A DNA stretch of 64,000 nucleotides from Camelus ferus (GCF_009834535.1 NC_045700.1:93000001-93064000); one strand, 5' to 3'. Counted from the first letter of the stretch, positions 1 to 11,699 are shown. Translations and numbers: made by a program. Notes: generated from the sequence alone by a model not told the origin.

Positions 1-615
1 GAGAGCTCACCCGGGCCAGGAGGAAAGGCAGGGCGGCCCTGCTTCTCCTGGCAGAATGGGGTGAGATGTGGAAGAGGAACAGACAGGATGCAACTGGGGC
101 TGGAGGAAGGGAAGGTCCCACTCAGTTCCTGGGGTGCAGGAAGGTGACTTGAAGGGGGCGGAATTGTCTTGGGGGTGAAGGATCATGAATATCGGAGGTC
201 GGGAGGGGCACCCAAGGAGCTGGGTGGGCACACTCAAGGTCAAGGGGTGGAAGAGCACGGTCAGGGCACCGCTGTTGTCCAGCCTGGCTGCTGGGGAGTC
301 CGAGGAGCAGAGCAGAGGGGAGAGGAGGAGGAGGTCCGGAGCCAGCCTGGACCAGAGCAGAGAAGACCGCGAACGGCACACTGTAGCACTTGAACTCGAC
401 TCACAGTCCAAAGACCTTGTCCTCCTGGAGAGTGCTGAGCATCGCAGTGCTGCTCTCCCAGAGAGGGAGACCTCGAGATGCCAGGAAACCCCACCTTCTG
501 GCCCGGGTGTCGTTGCCACCCTCTGGGCTCAGCCAGACCCCAGCTCAGGGGCACAGGGCTGTTTCTTCGACAAGATCCAAACTGACTAGAAACACAGCGG
601 TTATTTCAAGAGTTG

Positions 616-837
616 AACAGATACAAACCACTATATATAAAATAGATAAGCAACGAGGACCCACTGATAGTACAGAAAACTATATTCAATATCTTATAAT
701 AGCCCATAATGGAAAAGAATCCAAAAAAATTATGTGTGTATATATATGTATGTATGTATGTATAACTGAATCACTTTGTTGTACACCTGAAACTAACACA
801 ACATTGTAAATCAACTACACTTTAATTTTTTTAAAAA
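616..837 (+). mobile_element. L1 LINE 3' end, 5'-truncated (cetartiodactyl type)
   Basis: Typical 3'UTR motifs: ctatatataaaatagataa, actatattcaatatctt, gtataactgaatcactttg, cacctgaaactaacacaacattgtaaatcaact; A/T-rich tail. Confidence 0.9.
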
Positions 838-2818
838 GGGTTCAAGAAATCCTTTCTCCTTTTCATGTCTAAGCATCAGACTCAAGGAAAGCCACAGGCC
901 CTCACTCTGCCCGGTAACTGCGCAACCACACAGGTGTGGGCCCCTGAAACAGGGCGCACACCCTGGCCCTGAAACAAGGCGGGCACCACCTGAAGTGACC
1001 CGTCTTCCACAACAGCATGTTGTCAGACTGTTCTCCATGAACCTGTGGGACCGGATCAAAATCACCAAGGAAAGTAAGAGCAATTATTCAGAGATATCTG
1101 TACAGACTGCGATCACTGTGCTCATAATTGGCACCTAAAAGGCCCCTAAATGAAACCCAAGGCAAAAAGCAGTTTCAGAGCACGGCGTGGTAGGCCCAGG
1201 CGGTCACCCAGGAGGCGCGAGACGTGGGGTGTGATGGTAGGGCCACTGGCAGGTCCTCTTGGCCCTGCTCACCCCATCCATTGACCCAACTCTGGGTCCC
1301 TTTCTTCCAAATTTGTTGACAAAGCAGTTCCCTCTTGTCTCACTCATGCTTCTCCATCAGGATGGATGGATCCCCCCTCGCCCCCATCAGCTTCTCGGCT
1401 CCAGCAGAAATCCAGCCTGGCGTTCACAGTCCTATCTCTTTAGAAACCCTCTTCCTAGAGTCACAGAGATAAAACCACTTACTCGTATTGCTCCTGCAGA
1501 CTCCCGTCAGCCACCCAGCACACCTGCAGATCCTCCCTTTGGCCTCCTCCATCCCTGGTCAGCTCAGCGCAGCCCCTGCTCTGCCCAGGGCTTCCCAGAG
1601 GCAGCTCTGGGTCCCAAACCGGGTTGAGCAGCAGCATTCTCACCTGCGGAAGGAGTTTAAAATGCAGGTTTCCAGACCCATGCATTGTATGACTTGGAGC
1701 TGGAATCATTTCTTTAGGAAGCATCCCAGCTGACCCTGACCTCAGTCGAGTCTGAACAGCAGCCCTGCTCTGGATCCCAGCCTCCATGTCCTACGCCCTC
1801 CAGCCCCGCTACAAAACTGCAGCGTTACCTCCACTCTCATTTCTTCAGCATCCGTGGGCCGGGTGCTGTGCTAGGGTGCAGAGCGGGTGAAGGAGGAAAT
1901 TCATGAGAAATTGATAAGACACAGTCTCTGCAATGGAAAACTCACTGCCAACGACAAATAACAGAAACATGAATAAACCATCACCATCCACAGTGAACAG
2001 GTCTCCATTAAAATGATCTTCAAAGTCCCCACAGAGATCAGCAAAGGAGAGGCCATCCTGCCTAGAGGTCCAAGGGGGCTGCAGAGAAAGAGGATTACCC
2101 AGCATGCCAGCTGATTTTCTTCTGTACCATCATTTTTCAGGGTTACAGGGTGACCACTTTAAAACTGCTCCACGATTTATAAAATTCATCTCCTATTATC
2201 ACACATTTAGGTCGCTCCTGATTCTTCCCTATTCTGAACGTATTGCAGTCTTGCAGAATTAAAAATAACATTACCCTCAGGAAAATTCCACAACATACCA
2301 CTGCCCAGTGAGAATGCTGGGTTTTGACTATTTTTCCCCTTAACCTGTGTCCTTTTGAAAGGTGAAAATTTTATTATTACTTTAACTTCTATTCCTCAGA
2401 ATATTAATGAAGAGGTACTTTTTAAAATATTTATTGGCAATTTTCAATTCTTCACTTGAGAAATTTTCTTGTCTTTTGATCATTTGTCTGCAGTGTTTAT
2501 AGAGGAGTTACTGATTTCAAATAATTTAATGTTATAAAGACATTGACCTTTTATTACATATACGCAATAGATATTTAAAATTCTGTTAATTTGTTGTTCA
2601 CTTTTTGTTTTTGAATGTGATGTGTTTGGGGATTCTAAAGCCTTCTTTTGCAAAGTAAAAGCTACCAATATTTTGCTTTCTGATTTCTGCTTTGGACGAC
2701 AGTGTCTCACGACTCATTTGCATTTTAAACTGATGTGTATGTAACAGCTTCTGCTCTGTTGCCCTGTACTTTATGTTCTATCAGTATATGTTGTAACAAG
2801 TCCAGACTGAGTCTACTC

Positions 2819-2987
2819 CATTTATTTTTCATTTTTTATTGAAGTGTATTTGGTTTACAACGTTTCAGATGTATAGCAAAGTGATTCAGTTATACATACA
2901 TATATTTTTTCTTTTCAGATTCTTTTCCATTTTATGTTATTACAAGAGATTGAACGTAGTTCCCTGTGCTCTACAGTAGGTCCTTGT
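2819..2987 (-). mobile_element. L1 3' end fragment with TSD
   Basis: Reverse complement of the same 3'UTR; flanks tgagtctactc (2808-2818) and tgaatctactc (2987-2997), one mismatch. Confidence 0.85.
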
Positions 2988-3277
2988 GAATCTACTCTTA
3001 AAGGGCCATTTTTAGTGCTTAAAAATTTTTGTCACTATGTAAGAAGCAGAAGCTGAGCATAGGAATCAATTATCCTGCAGATACGAGAAACTTGCTCCTA
3101 CCTTACAGACAGGTTCAAATCAAACGTCCCGTGTAACAGCTACGACAATCATCAGTAAAGAACACATGCTTACACCAGTCAGTGTGCAGACATTTCTTTT
3201 TGTTTTTGTAATGATGTCTTGTAAAAGTTTAGCGGCCACTGAGTTCGAAGTACTGATCAGGAAAATATAATGAAGTC

Positions 3278-3354
3278 GGGGAGGGTATAGCTCGGTGGTA
3301 GAGCGCACACTTGGCAAGCCGGGTTCAATCCCCAATACCTCCATTTCAAAAAAA
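3278..3354 (+). mobile_element. tRNA-Ala-derived SINE, short form with internal deletion
   Basis: ggggagggtatagctcggtggtagagcgc (A box), gggttcaatccccaatacctcca (B box), poly-A; perfect 14-bp TSD gaaaatataatgaa at 3261-3274 and 3355-3368. Confidence 0.9.
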
Positions 3355-4179
3355 GAAAATATAATGAAACAGAGAAAGAGTTTTTGTTTCATATCTAACC
3401 TCATGCCGCTGGCCGTCAGAGCAGCCTCTCCTTCGCTTCTTAACTGAGAATTCGTTTCTTCCCGCTCTCTGTTCCAAATCACTAAAACAGCTTTCATGAA
3501 GGGCCCGGATGACCAGACTCAGCCGGCGCGTCTCTGCCCCACCTCGCGGAACACTGGCCTCTGCCGCCCCCTCCCATTTCCTCTGAGACTCTCCCACTTG
3601 GCTTTGGGACCTGCTGTTGCTGGTTTATTCCCTGCCCCTGCTATTCCTCTTCGAAGGTCCTTTACAACCATTTCCCTTTCTTCTAAGAATTCCCAGCTCA
3701 GCTGCCTTTGTTCTACCTGAGTTGTTCTCCAGGTGCGCCCCCTGGACCAGCAGCACCACCGAGGAGCTGACTAGAAACGCCAATCCTCCAGCCCCGCCCC
3801 AAAAGCACTGAATCAGAAACCCTGGAATTGGAGCCCAAGCAAGCTCACGTTTGGACACCACTGCTCTACACAGTCTCATCAAAATCCCCAAACCTTTTCC
3901 TCCAACATTTCCTGTGAGCTCTAACCCCCACACTCAACTCCCCACCCTACAACCCCTTTTCTAATGTCGACCAGGCACCTTGACTCCACACGCAGAAACA
4001 CCATCATCTTACCCCGAGTCCTCTCCTGCCCCACCCCCTCCATCACCCCCTTTCTGCGTCACCAGCACTTCCTCCAGGCTCTGCCCATATCCCACCTCCT
4101 CATGAGTCCCTCCCATCGGGGTTCCTGAAACTGCAAACTGCCCCCCCACCCTCTCCCTCCCAGCCCCTCCCCCCCCACC

Positions 4180-4378
4180 TCCCCTTTCTCCCTACAGCAC
4201 TTCCCACCGTCTACATATTTACCTGTTTGTTATCGTTACTGTTTATCGTCTGTCTGGAATGGAAGCTCCGTACGGTAAGGAAGGGATCTCTGAACGCTTT
4301 GTTCCCTGTATGTCCCAAGCAGCCAGGTTCATGCCTGACATACGGGAGGCACTCGTTAAATATGTGAATGAATGAACC
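4180..4378 (+). mobile_element. L2 LINE 3' end
   Basis: cctgacatacgggaggcactcgttaaatatgtgaatgaatgaa resembles the L2 3' terminus. Confidence 0.7.
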
Positions 4379-4671
4379 CATCTGTCTGATTCAGCCCACT
4401 TCCACCAAGGTTTCAATAAGTCAGACTTAGGGAGATGACTGAGACCTGACTTCATGAGTCTCACAACACACTGCTGAGTGGGGGAAGAGTCTAAAATGCT
4501 GTTTGTTTGCAGGTCTGTGCATAGATGCCACATGGGCACAGCCACAGAGGAGCGTCTAGGAGGGACGTCACCAAAACCCCGACGTCGTTACCTCTGGTGA
4601 TTGCAGCCACACCTCCACCTCGTCATGCGGGTCATCAGTGAATTCCCACCCGGCAGACCCAGGTGAAATGT

Positions 4672-4780
4672 TTAGTTGTTATTTTCCCCAAGCTTAATGG
4701 CTTAGAATGACAATAAACATTTATTTTTTTTCACACAGTTTCAGAGGGTCAGGAATTTGGGAGCTGGTTGTCTGGGTTAA
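4672..4780 (-). mobile_element. MaLR (MLT1) LTR fragment
   Basis: cttaatggcttagaatgacaataaacatttatt and cacacagtttcagagggtcaggaatttgggagc match the MLT1 3' end in reverse. Confidence 0.6.
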
Positions 4781-4869
4781 TCAGACATCAATCAGCAACA
4801 GCTACTAACATCACACGAACACACACAAGAAGGGCAGCTGGGCACTAGGTGTCCTGAGGGAAGAACACA

Positions 4870-5495
4870 CCACCACCTACAAAGAACTCTTGTTAAAAAA
4901 CTGAACTCAGATCTTATCATCTTGACCCAACTACCAGTTAACTTATGGGAAATATAAAGGACAGAATTACACGTCAAAGACACCATACGGAAGCAGTCAG
5001 ACCTCAGAAGACACGATGTGACAAATAATCTAATTTCTTGATGTGAAAATCATAAAGGAGAGAATTTATAGATAAAAACAGATTTGAGAAACACAGCCTT
5101 CGATCATAACGAGTGGCTCTTATGTGGATCCTGACTCAAAGGAACAATAAGAAAAAGTTATGAGACAATTAGAAATTTGATCACTGGCTGACTACCTGAT
5201 CATATTAAGAAATCATTGTTAACTTTTTGTTGTAATAATGGTATTTTGAATTTTTTTAATTCTTCAACTTTCAGAAAGACACCTTAAACTATTAACGGAT
5301 GATAGATAGAATATGATGTCTAGGATTTATCTGAAAATAAATGGGAGTGGGAGGTGGGTAGGGGTCAGAGGAAGTTCCATTGGCTGTGACTGACCTTTAC
5401 TGACCAGTAGCTGAGTGATGGGTACACTGGGTTTCATTACCTTACTCTGTAACCTTTGTGTATACTTGATATTTTACCATATAAATAGTTTTTTA
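4870..5495 (+). mobile_element. Old L1M (L1MC/MD/ME-type) 3'UTR
   Basis: gtggatcctgactcaaa, tgatcatattaagaaatcattgttaac, gatatgatgtctaggatt, gtgatgggtacactgggtttcatta. Confidence 0.7.
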
Positions 5496-5709
5496 AACAT
5501 CTGAACAAATCACTTTCTTCTCCCATTCTGAGCTGTTCTTTTTCTTGAAAACCTTATTTTAGTTCATGGAATCACCTTCCACCCAAGCGCCTAAACCAAA
5601 AATCTGAAAGACAGCCAATTCTCCCCGCCACCCCCTCGCGTCACAATGTCCATCAAATCCTGTGTCCTGAAGCTTCATATCGCCTCCTGTTTTTGAGCTG
5701 GAATTCACA

Positions 5710-6600
5710 CAGTGTACAGCCGACCGTGACGAGGTGCACAATTCAGCTGCAGTCAGGGCGTCCACCGCGCTGCGCGACCACCACCTCTGCTCTCTCTAGC
5801 TTCTAAACTCTTCCATCTCACCCGAAAAGCTCTCTCTACCCGTTAGGCGACCACGCCCCGTTTCCCCTCCTCCCATCCCCTGGCGGCCGCTAGTCAGCTT
5901 CCTGCTCCCTGGATTTGCCTCTTCTGGATATGAGATCTAAAAAGAATCATTCAACCTGTGGACTCCAGCAACTGGCTTCTTTCACTGAGCATAATGTTTT
6001 CTTTCTTTCTTTTATTGAAATACAGTTGATTTACAATGTTGTGTTAATTTCTGGTGTACAGCGTGGCAATTCACTTATACATATTTAGATTCTTTTTAGA
6101 TTCTTTTCATTATAGGTTATTACAAACTATTGAATGTAGTTCCCTGTGCTATAAAGTAGGACCTTGTTTATCTACTTTATATGTAGTAGTGAGTATCTGC
6201 AAATCCCAAACTCCCAACTTATCCCTCCCTCCCTCTTTCCCCTTTGGTAACCGTAGTCCGTTTTCTATGTCTGTGTGTATCTTTCTGTATTGTAAATAGG
6301 TTCATTTGTGTCATTTTTTTTAGACTCCACATATAAGTGATATCATATGATATTTGTCTTTTACTTACTTACTTCACTTAGTATGATAATCTGTAGGTTC
6401 ATCCATGTTGCTGAAAATGGCATATTTTATTCTTTTTATGGCTGAGTAGTATTCCATTGAATATATTTACTACAGCTTCTTTATCCAGTCATCTGTCAAT
6501 GGGCATTCAGGTTGCTTCCATGTCTCCACTATTGTCAATAGTGCAAGCATAATGTTTTCAAGATTCATCCAAGTTGCAGTGTGTGTCAGTGCTTCTCCTA
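5710..6600 (-). mobile_element. Old L1MB-type 3'UTR (5710-6001 and 6546-6600) split by a younger L1
   Basis: cccctggcggccgctagtc, ggatttgcctcttctgga, ctggcttctttcactgagcataatgttttc continuing into aagattcatcc after the insertion. Confidence 0.8.
6002..6545 (-). mobile_element. Younger L1 3' end, nested insertion
   Basis: T-rich tail at the left end, L1 3'UTR and ORF2 end; perfect 14-bp TSD agcataatgttttc at 5988-6001 and 6546-6559. Confidence 0.92.
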
Positions 6601-6914
6601 AGTGTTTAATAATTGCTCTCTTTCTTTCCATCTATTTACCACCATTGCTTAACTTCAGGCCTTTATTCTCTCTTCCTTGGGCTGCTTGAACAGCCTCCAG
6701 AGTGATCTCCCTCCCTCTCCGACCCATCCTGTCTACTGCAGCCGAAGTGACCATGTCTTTTACCAACATGTCCCAGCCCCCATGTTAGCCAACCATCCAT
6801 CCTTCAAGCTTCACACCTCAGTCTACTTAAATTAAAACACTATCCTCCAGACTTCTTTCTTCTCTCTCTTATTTCCCTGAACGCATTCATTCTAATTATT
6901 CTAACATTTAAGAC

Positions 6915-7955
6915 ACTGCTTGTCATGTTCATTGCAGCTTTGCTTTCATTAGCCAAACACCAGGAACAACCTAAGAGCTCATCCACGGAGGCAGGGTTGG
7001 AGCGGTTATATGACACCCTCAGGATGGAATGTAATTAACATTAAGCAGTTGTTAAAAGGAAAGGGACTGAAAGAAACTGATGTCAGGAGCTTCCTGGTGT
7101 GATGCACTGAGAAGAACGCAGCATCACTTACGCAGTGTCCCTGCCAAAAATGAATTGTCTGACCCTAATAATGAGGGAACAACCAGACAAACTCAGATTG
7201 GGGGACATTATACAAAACAACTGGCCTATGTGCCTCAGAAGACCACAGTGTCATGAAACACAGAGAAAGAGGAGCGGCATTCCCAGATTAAAGGGCTGAA
7301 AGAGATGTGACAAGCAAACAAAATGCATGACCCTCGACAGGATCCTGAATGAGAAAAAATAAATTGCAATTAAGAACATCACGGGGGCAACCGGTGGAGT
7401 TACACTGCAGATTATATATTAGATAGTGGCATCGTCTGGATGTTAAATTCCCTGAAAATGATCTGCGCACTGCCTGCGTAAGGGGCTGTCCTTGTTCTCT
7501 GAGACGCACACTGGAGGACGGTGGTGACGTCCCCAGCTCACTCCTACATGTCTCTGCAGTAATAACAATCACTATACAGAGAGAGACAGAGACAGTAAAT
7601 GTGGCAAAATGCTAACAAAATGTTGGCAAAACCGGCAAGAGGAATACAGAATTGCGTTGCCTTACTCTATAATTGGAAGACTGGTGGGACTTACGACGTG
7701 CCAGCATATCAACATTTGACGATATTGGTACTTGATATCCTGCTAAGGAAGTCTGCTTCCAAATTTTCAGCTGGAAAGTCACTGGAATGACTGGAAAAGA
7801 ATCACAACCACATGATTTTTTTAGATTTTTGGTACATATGTTAAGAATTATGTACAAATTAAAATGTCTGCATACTGATCCTCAGAATAACCAATAAAAT
7901 CTCAATTATGAAAAAAAAAATTTTTCTGTAAGCTTGAAATTTTTCAAAATAAAGA
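6915..7955 (+). mobile_element. Old L1M 3'UTR, interrupted at ~7672-7920
   Basis: cagcatcactt, cctgccaaaaatg, accagacaaactcagattgggggacatt, agattaaagggctgaaagagatgtgac; terminus ttttctgtaagcttgaaatttttcaaaataaag resumes at 7921. Confidence 0.75.
7672..7920 (+). pseudogene. Probable 5'-truncated retrocopy (coding end, 3'UTR and poly-A) of an unidentified mRNA
   Basis: Non-L1 sequence interrupting an L1M terminus; AATAAA at 7893-7898, then 12 nt, then A10 at 7911-7920; a short frame LEDWWDLRRASISTFDDIGT ends at TGA 7733-7735. Confidence 0.5.
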
Positions 7956-8974
7956 AATGAAGGAAAAAATGAAGTAAATCATTGCAGGCAGGCGTGGAAA
8001 TATGCCCCTAATATCCTGTGACATTTCAGAACACAGTTATGAACCCAACTGGGTAGAAGTCCGGGATAATGACACACCCACACACTGTGCACAGCAGCTG
8101 CTGCCCAGGGCGGTCCTGGCTCCCCCAGCGTGTCCTCAGAGGTGACACTTGCCGTCTCTGGGCTGTTCCTTTATAGATGATAAAGCCCATGGTCAGTGAG
8201 CCACAGGAATGGGTTGAGGAAGATTTTGCTCTTTACTTCATCCCAATATGTAGAGTTTTAATATTTTCAGTGGTGAAGTTCCATTATTTTACACTGAAAT
8301 ACTCTCTTAGGAAGTCTGAGCTGTTCATCTTATAAATTCTCTCTAATCCATGGGAGTGGGCTTTGAGTTACTCATCTAAATGTATTATAAAAACCTGTTT
8401 CAGTTTTGAGTCCAAAGGCAGGGAAACAACCCCAATGTTCCAACTCAGAAGAAGCCAGGCAGCAGGAATTCCACCTTATTCATGGAAGACTTTCTGTTCC
8501 GTTTGGACCTTTAACCGACTGGATGGATTCACCCACATTAAAGAGAGGAATTGCTTTACTCAGTCTACTGACTCAAATATTAATCTCAGCCAGAAACACA
8601 CACACTAAGAATGTTTGACCAAATGTCTGGACACTTTGCACATCACAGTGACTTTGCCTAAGAAGTATGCTCTTTGTTATAATCACACTCACAGCTTTCT
8701 AGGAAATGATGAGGAACATACTCAAAAGCCAAAGACACCAAGCTTGTTCTTTGACAACTCAGAACAGGTTTCGAACATGGATTTGAGGAAAATACTTGAC
8801 TCCAGAATGCTCCTCCTGGGTTAGCCATCCAAGGCCTTACTGTGATGTGAAAGACAAAGATGGAATGGAAGTATTCAGTGAAAACCCCAAATTTCTCATA
8901 TTGATAGCAGGAGCCAAATGGGAGAAAATGGGCAGAAATTCTGGCCATAGTTTTGAGAAAACAAATTCACTGGT

Positions 8975-9135
8975 CAACCAAACCACCACCAACCAACGAA
9001 CCAATCTACCACCAACCAACCGTCTGCTATCCAACCACCAACCAACCAACCACCAACCAACCAGCCAAACCTCAACCAACCAACCAATCACCAACCAGGC
9101 ACTAACCAATGAACCAACCAACCAATCAACCAATT
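8975..9135 (+). repeat. Degenerate (ACCA)n / (CAAC)n tetranucleotide repeat
   Basis: Read directly; accounts for the T/N/Q-rich and W/L/V-rich ORFs here. Confidence 0.95.
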
Positions 9136-9249
9136 CAGCGCAACAAAAGCTGCTGTTCAGTGGGAGGTGCTGAACCCCTAATCAGGAATCCTTTTAATTC
9201 TTTTTCCAATTATGTTCTCCAGACCATATAAATCTGAAGCATTGGGGGG

Positions 9250-9390
9250 GAAGTGTGCTAAAGACTCGATGCCAAGCCCCGTCGCATTCTTGTTGAATCA
9301 CATCTGCTGAGGGTGGTACCTAAGAATCTGAATTTTTACTAAGTTCCCAGGGTGATGCTGCTGGATGCTGGTCTGAGAACTGCTGCTTAG
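9250..9390. mobile_element. MER5A-like hAT-Charlie DNA transposon
   Basis: aagaatctgaatttttactaagttcccagggtgatgctgctggatgctggtctgagaactgctgc. Confidence 0.7.
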
Positions 9391-10469
9391 TGTGTGCTGA
9401 GCGCACCCAGAGCCTTGGGGTACTGCAGGTGTGAGAAGGTTTTCTGGATTTTGACCTTCATTTTGAAATAAGTAGATTCACTTTTATATCACAAAGAAAG
9501 TCACGGTTTCTCAGTGACCATCATGCACGCAGCTGTTTAGTTAGTAAAGGAAAGGGCCCCGAGTCCTGAGGATGCAGGGCTGGAACTCCTCCAAGTGGGT
9601 CTCTGCAAGACATGTCATGTTCAGTTCCAGATAAGAAGGCTTGCGGTCCAGAACTGCTGTACTGAGACTCCCCTCCTGCCTCGTGCCAAGAAAAGGGCCA
9701 AGAGCGGCCCCCAGGGTGAGGAAACGCTGCCATTTGTCCTCTGAAGGCGCTGGATACACAAGAACACAGCGGCCAGTCGGAGTCCACGGCTGGGGTTGGA
9801 TGCCTGCCTACCGTGGGCTGGCCGAGGCTGCGTCTATGGCAGAGGATACTCGGACCATTTCAAATCAGGCTATCAGAGGAGCGATGGGTGACAAAGAAGA
9901 GCCAGAGCTGGGAAGTAAGGTGACCGTCTGCCCTGGGGCGAGGGAGGGCGGAGGAGGCCAAGCCAGGCTGAGCGTTGGGGCATCAGCAGTCAGAGCTGAG
10001 AAGGAATCGCTTTCATGTGGGGGCCAGGGCTAGATCGAGTTCTCTGGAAGGGGCAGGATTTCCAGCTGGGGAAGCAGCTGGGACCTAGAACAGAGAAGGG
10101 ACACTGTGCACACAGGGGACACATCATTCAGCTTGGAGGTAAAAGGTCTGCCAGGTAACCCGGCTTTGTGAACTTGTTCCCGGAAATAACCAGGTTTCCA
10201 TTTCCTCATCTGTAAATAGGCCAGTGGTGCCTGTCCACCACTGCAGTGCTCAGAATGAGATGCAAATCCTGGATGTGTGAACTGCAGCCTGTGGTCCCCG
10301 ATGCCAGCCTCTGTCTGACCCACGGCAGAGTGTTTGGGAAGACTGTTGATTCCAGACTATTACTGTAAAATCTAACCCTAGACCCATCCTGCGAGGTGGA
10401 TGTCATGGTCCCTGTTACAGTGGAAGAGTGTCTAGGAGCTTCGGGACTCTGGTCCCCACCAGGACACAA

Positions 10470-10850
10470 CCAGGGCTGACGGACTCGCGGGCCCCCGCCC
10501 CGCCCTCACTCTCCCTACCTGCCCTTTTCTGTCCCCGCCTCCTCCGTGGGGAGGTGTGGAAGGAGGCGGCCCCCGGCCCAGCTGAGCCCCCCACACGGGG
10601 GCTTCTGTGCACGGCCGGGGGATCGGGACGTGCGGCTCACCCGCTCCCACCCCACTTTCCTGCCTCGTCTCGGCCAGAGCCCACGCGTGCCCCCTCCTCT
10701 GCTTTCCCAACCTTTGTCCCAGGCCCAGTGGCGGAAGAGAGGCTGCGCCCGCTTCCCGCGGCCCTGGAATGTATAATGAAGTCACCAGCCCGCCAAAGAA
10801 AAGGCCTCTGTTTCTGCGGCTGATGGGGCCGGATTCCGGGGCCTACATTA
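10470..10850. promoter_or_regulatory. CpG-rich cluster, promoter- or enhancer-like
   Basis: Tandem GC boxes cccgccccgccc 10494-10505, E2F-like cccgccaaa 10789-10797, minus-strand donor CGG|GTGAGC (plus gctcac 10635-10640). Confidence 0.45.
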
Positions 10851-11699
10851 TGCAGCTCTGCTCCTCAAAAATAAAGGGGTGACTGTTAGGGGCATGTCAT
10901 CTGGCCTGGCAGCTCTGAGAGGGGACAGTTCGTGTCTGCTCTGAGTTCCCTTATGCCCTCGGAATGGCTCTGGGGCTGGATGACCACGTGGCGGCCACTG
11001 CTGTTTGGCCAGGGTGGCGTGTGCCACCCGGAAGGAAGAGCCCCGACCTGCCTGTCCCCGCCCCCAACCCCGCACCAGGCAAACTGCCGTGGCCAGGCGT
11101 CCGCCGTGGGCAGAGGTGCTCCTGGGGGCTGGCTGGGCCCGCCGCGGCTCTCACGCCAGGCCCAGATGACAAGCTCTCACCTGCAACAAAGACCAGAGAG
11201 CTGGGCTTGGCTCCTGGGGATGGGGTCCCAGGAACCGTGGGCATGAAGCTGGGGTGACAGCCATCACGAAAGCCAGTGAGGGAAATAGTCAGGGGCCAAG
11301 GTCATGTCCACTAGGCAAAGCCAGAGTGGGGGCCAGGTCACATTTACACAGAGCAGGTGTCAGATCCCAGCAGGACAGGAGTGACTGACTCCCCGCAGGC
11401 CCAAAGGAGGCCAGACCTCAGCAGCTGGCAAGGAGAAAGATCTGCGCCAGGGCGGGTGAGGTCTGTCTGGCTGTTTCCCAAATGGACCGAGGGCCACCTC
11501 TGTCAGAATCACAAAGTGAGTCTGTTCATGCAGAATCCTTGTTCCCATCCCAAACCAATCAGAACAGAAGCTCCAAAGCTCTGGCCCAGGAACCACCTGA
11601 GTTCATTAAAATTAGAGTTTATGCAGGGTGGGTTCAAGTTCCTGAGTTGCTTTTTCTGGGCAGTGGGGAGAACAGGAACTTCTCATTTATTTTAAAAAT

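Noticed and set aside
261-554. Claudin-like GLW motif in the minus ORF (GLWTVSRVQVLQC)
   Set aside because: No transmembrane helices and no W-GLW-C-C spacing; a chance match.
8837-9173. Trp/Leu/Val-rich or Thr/Asn/Gln-rich proteins; CRISPR-like array
   Set aside because: Both ORFs are translations of the ACCA repeat, and there is no repeat-spacer structure anywhere in the window.
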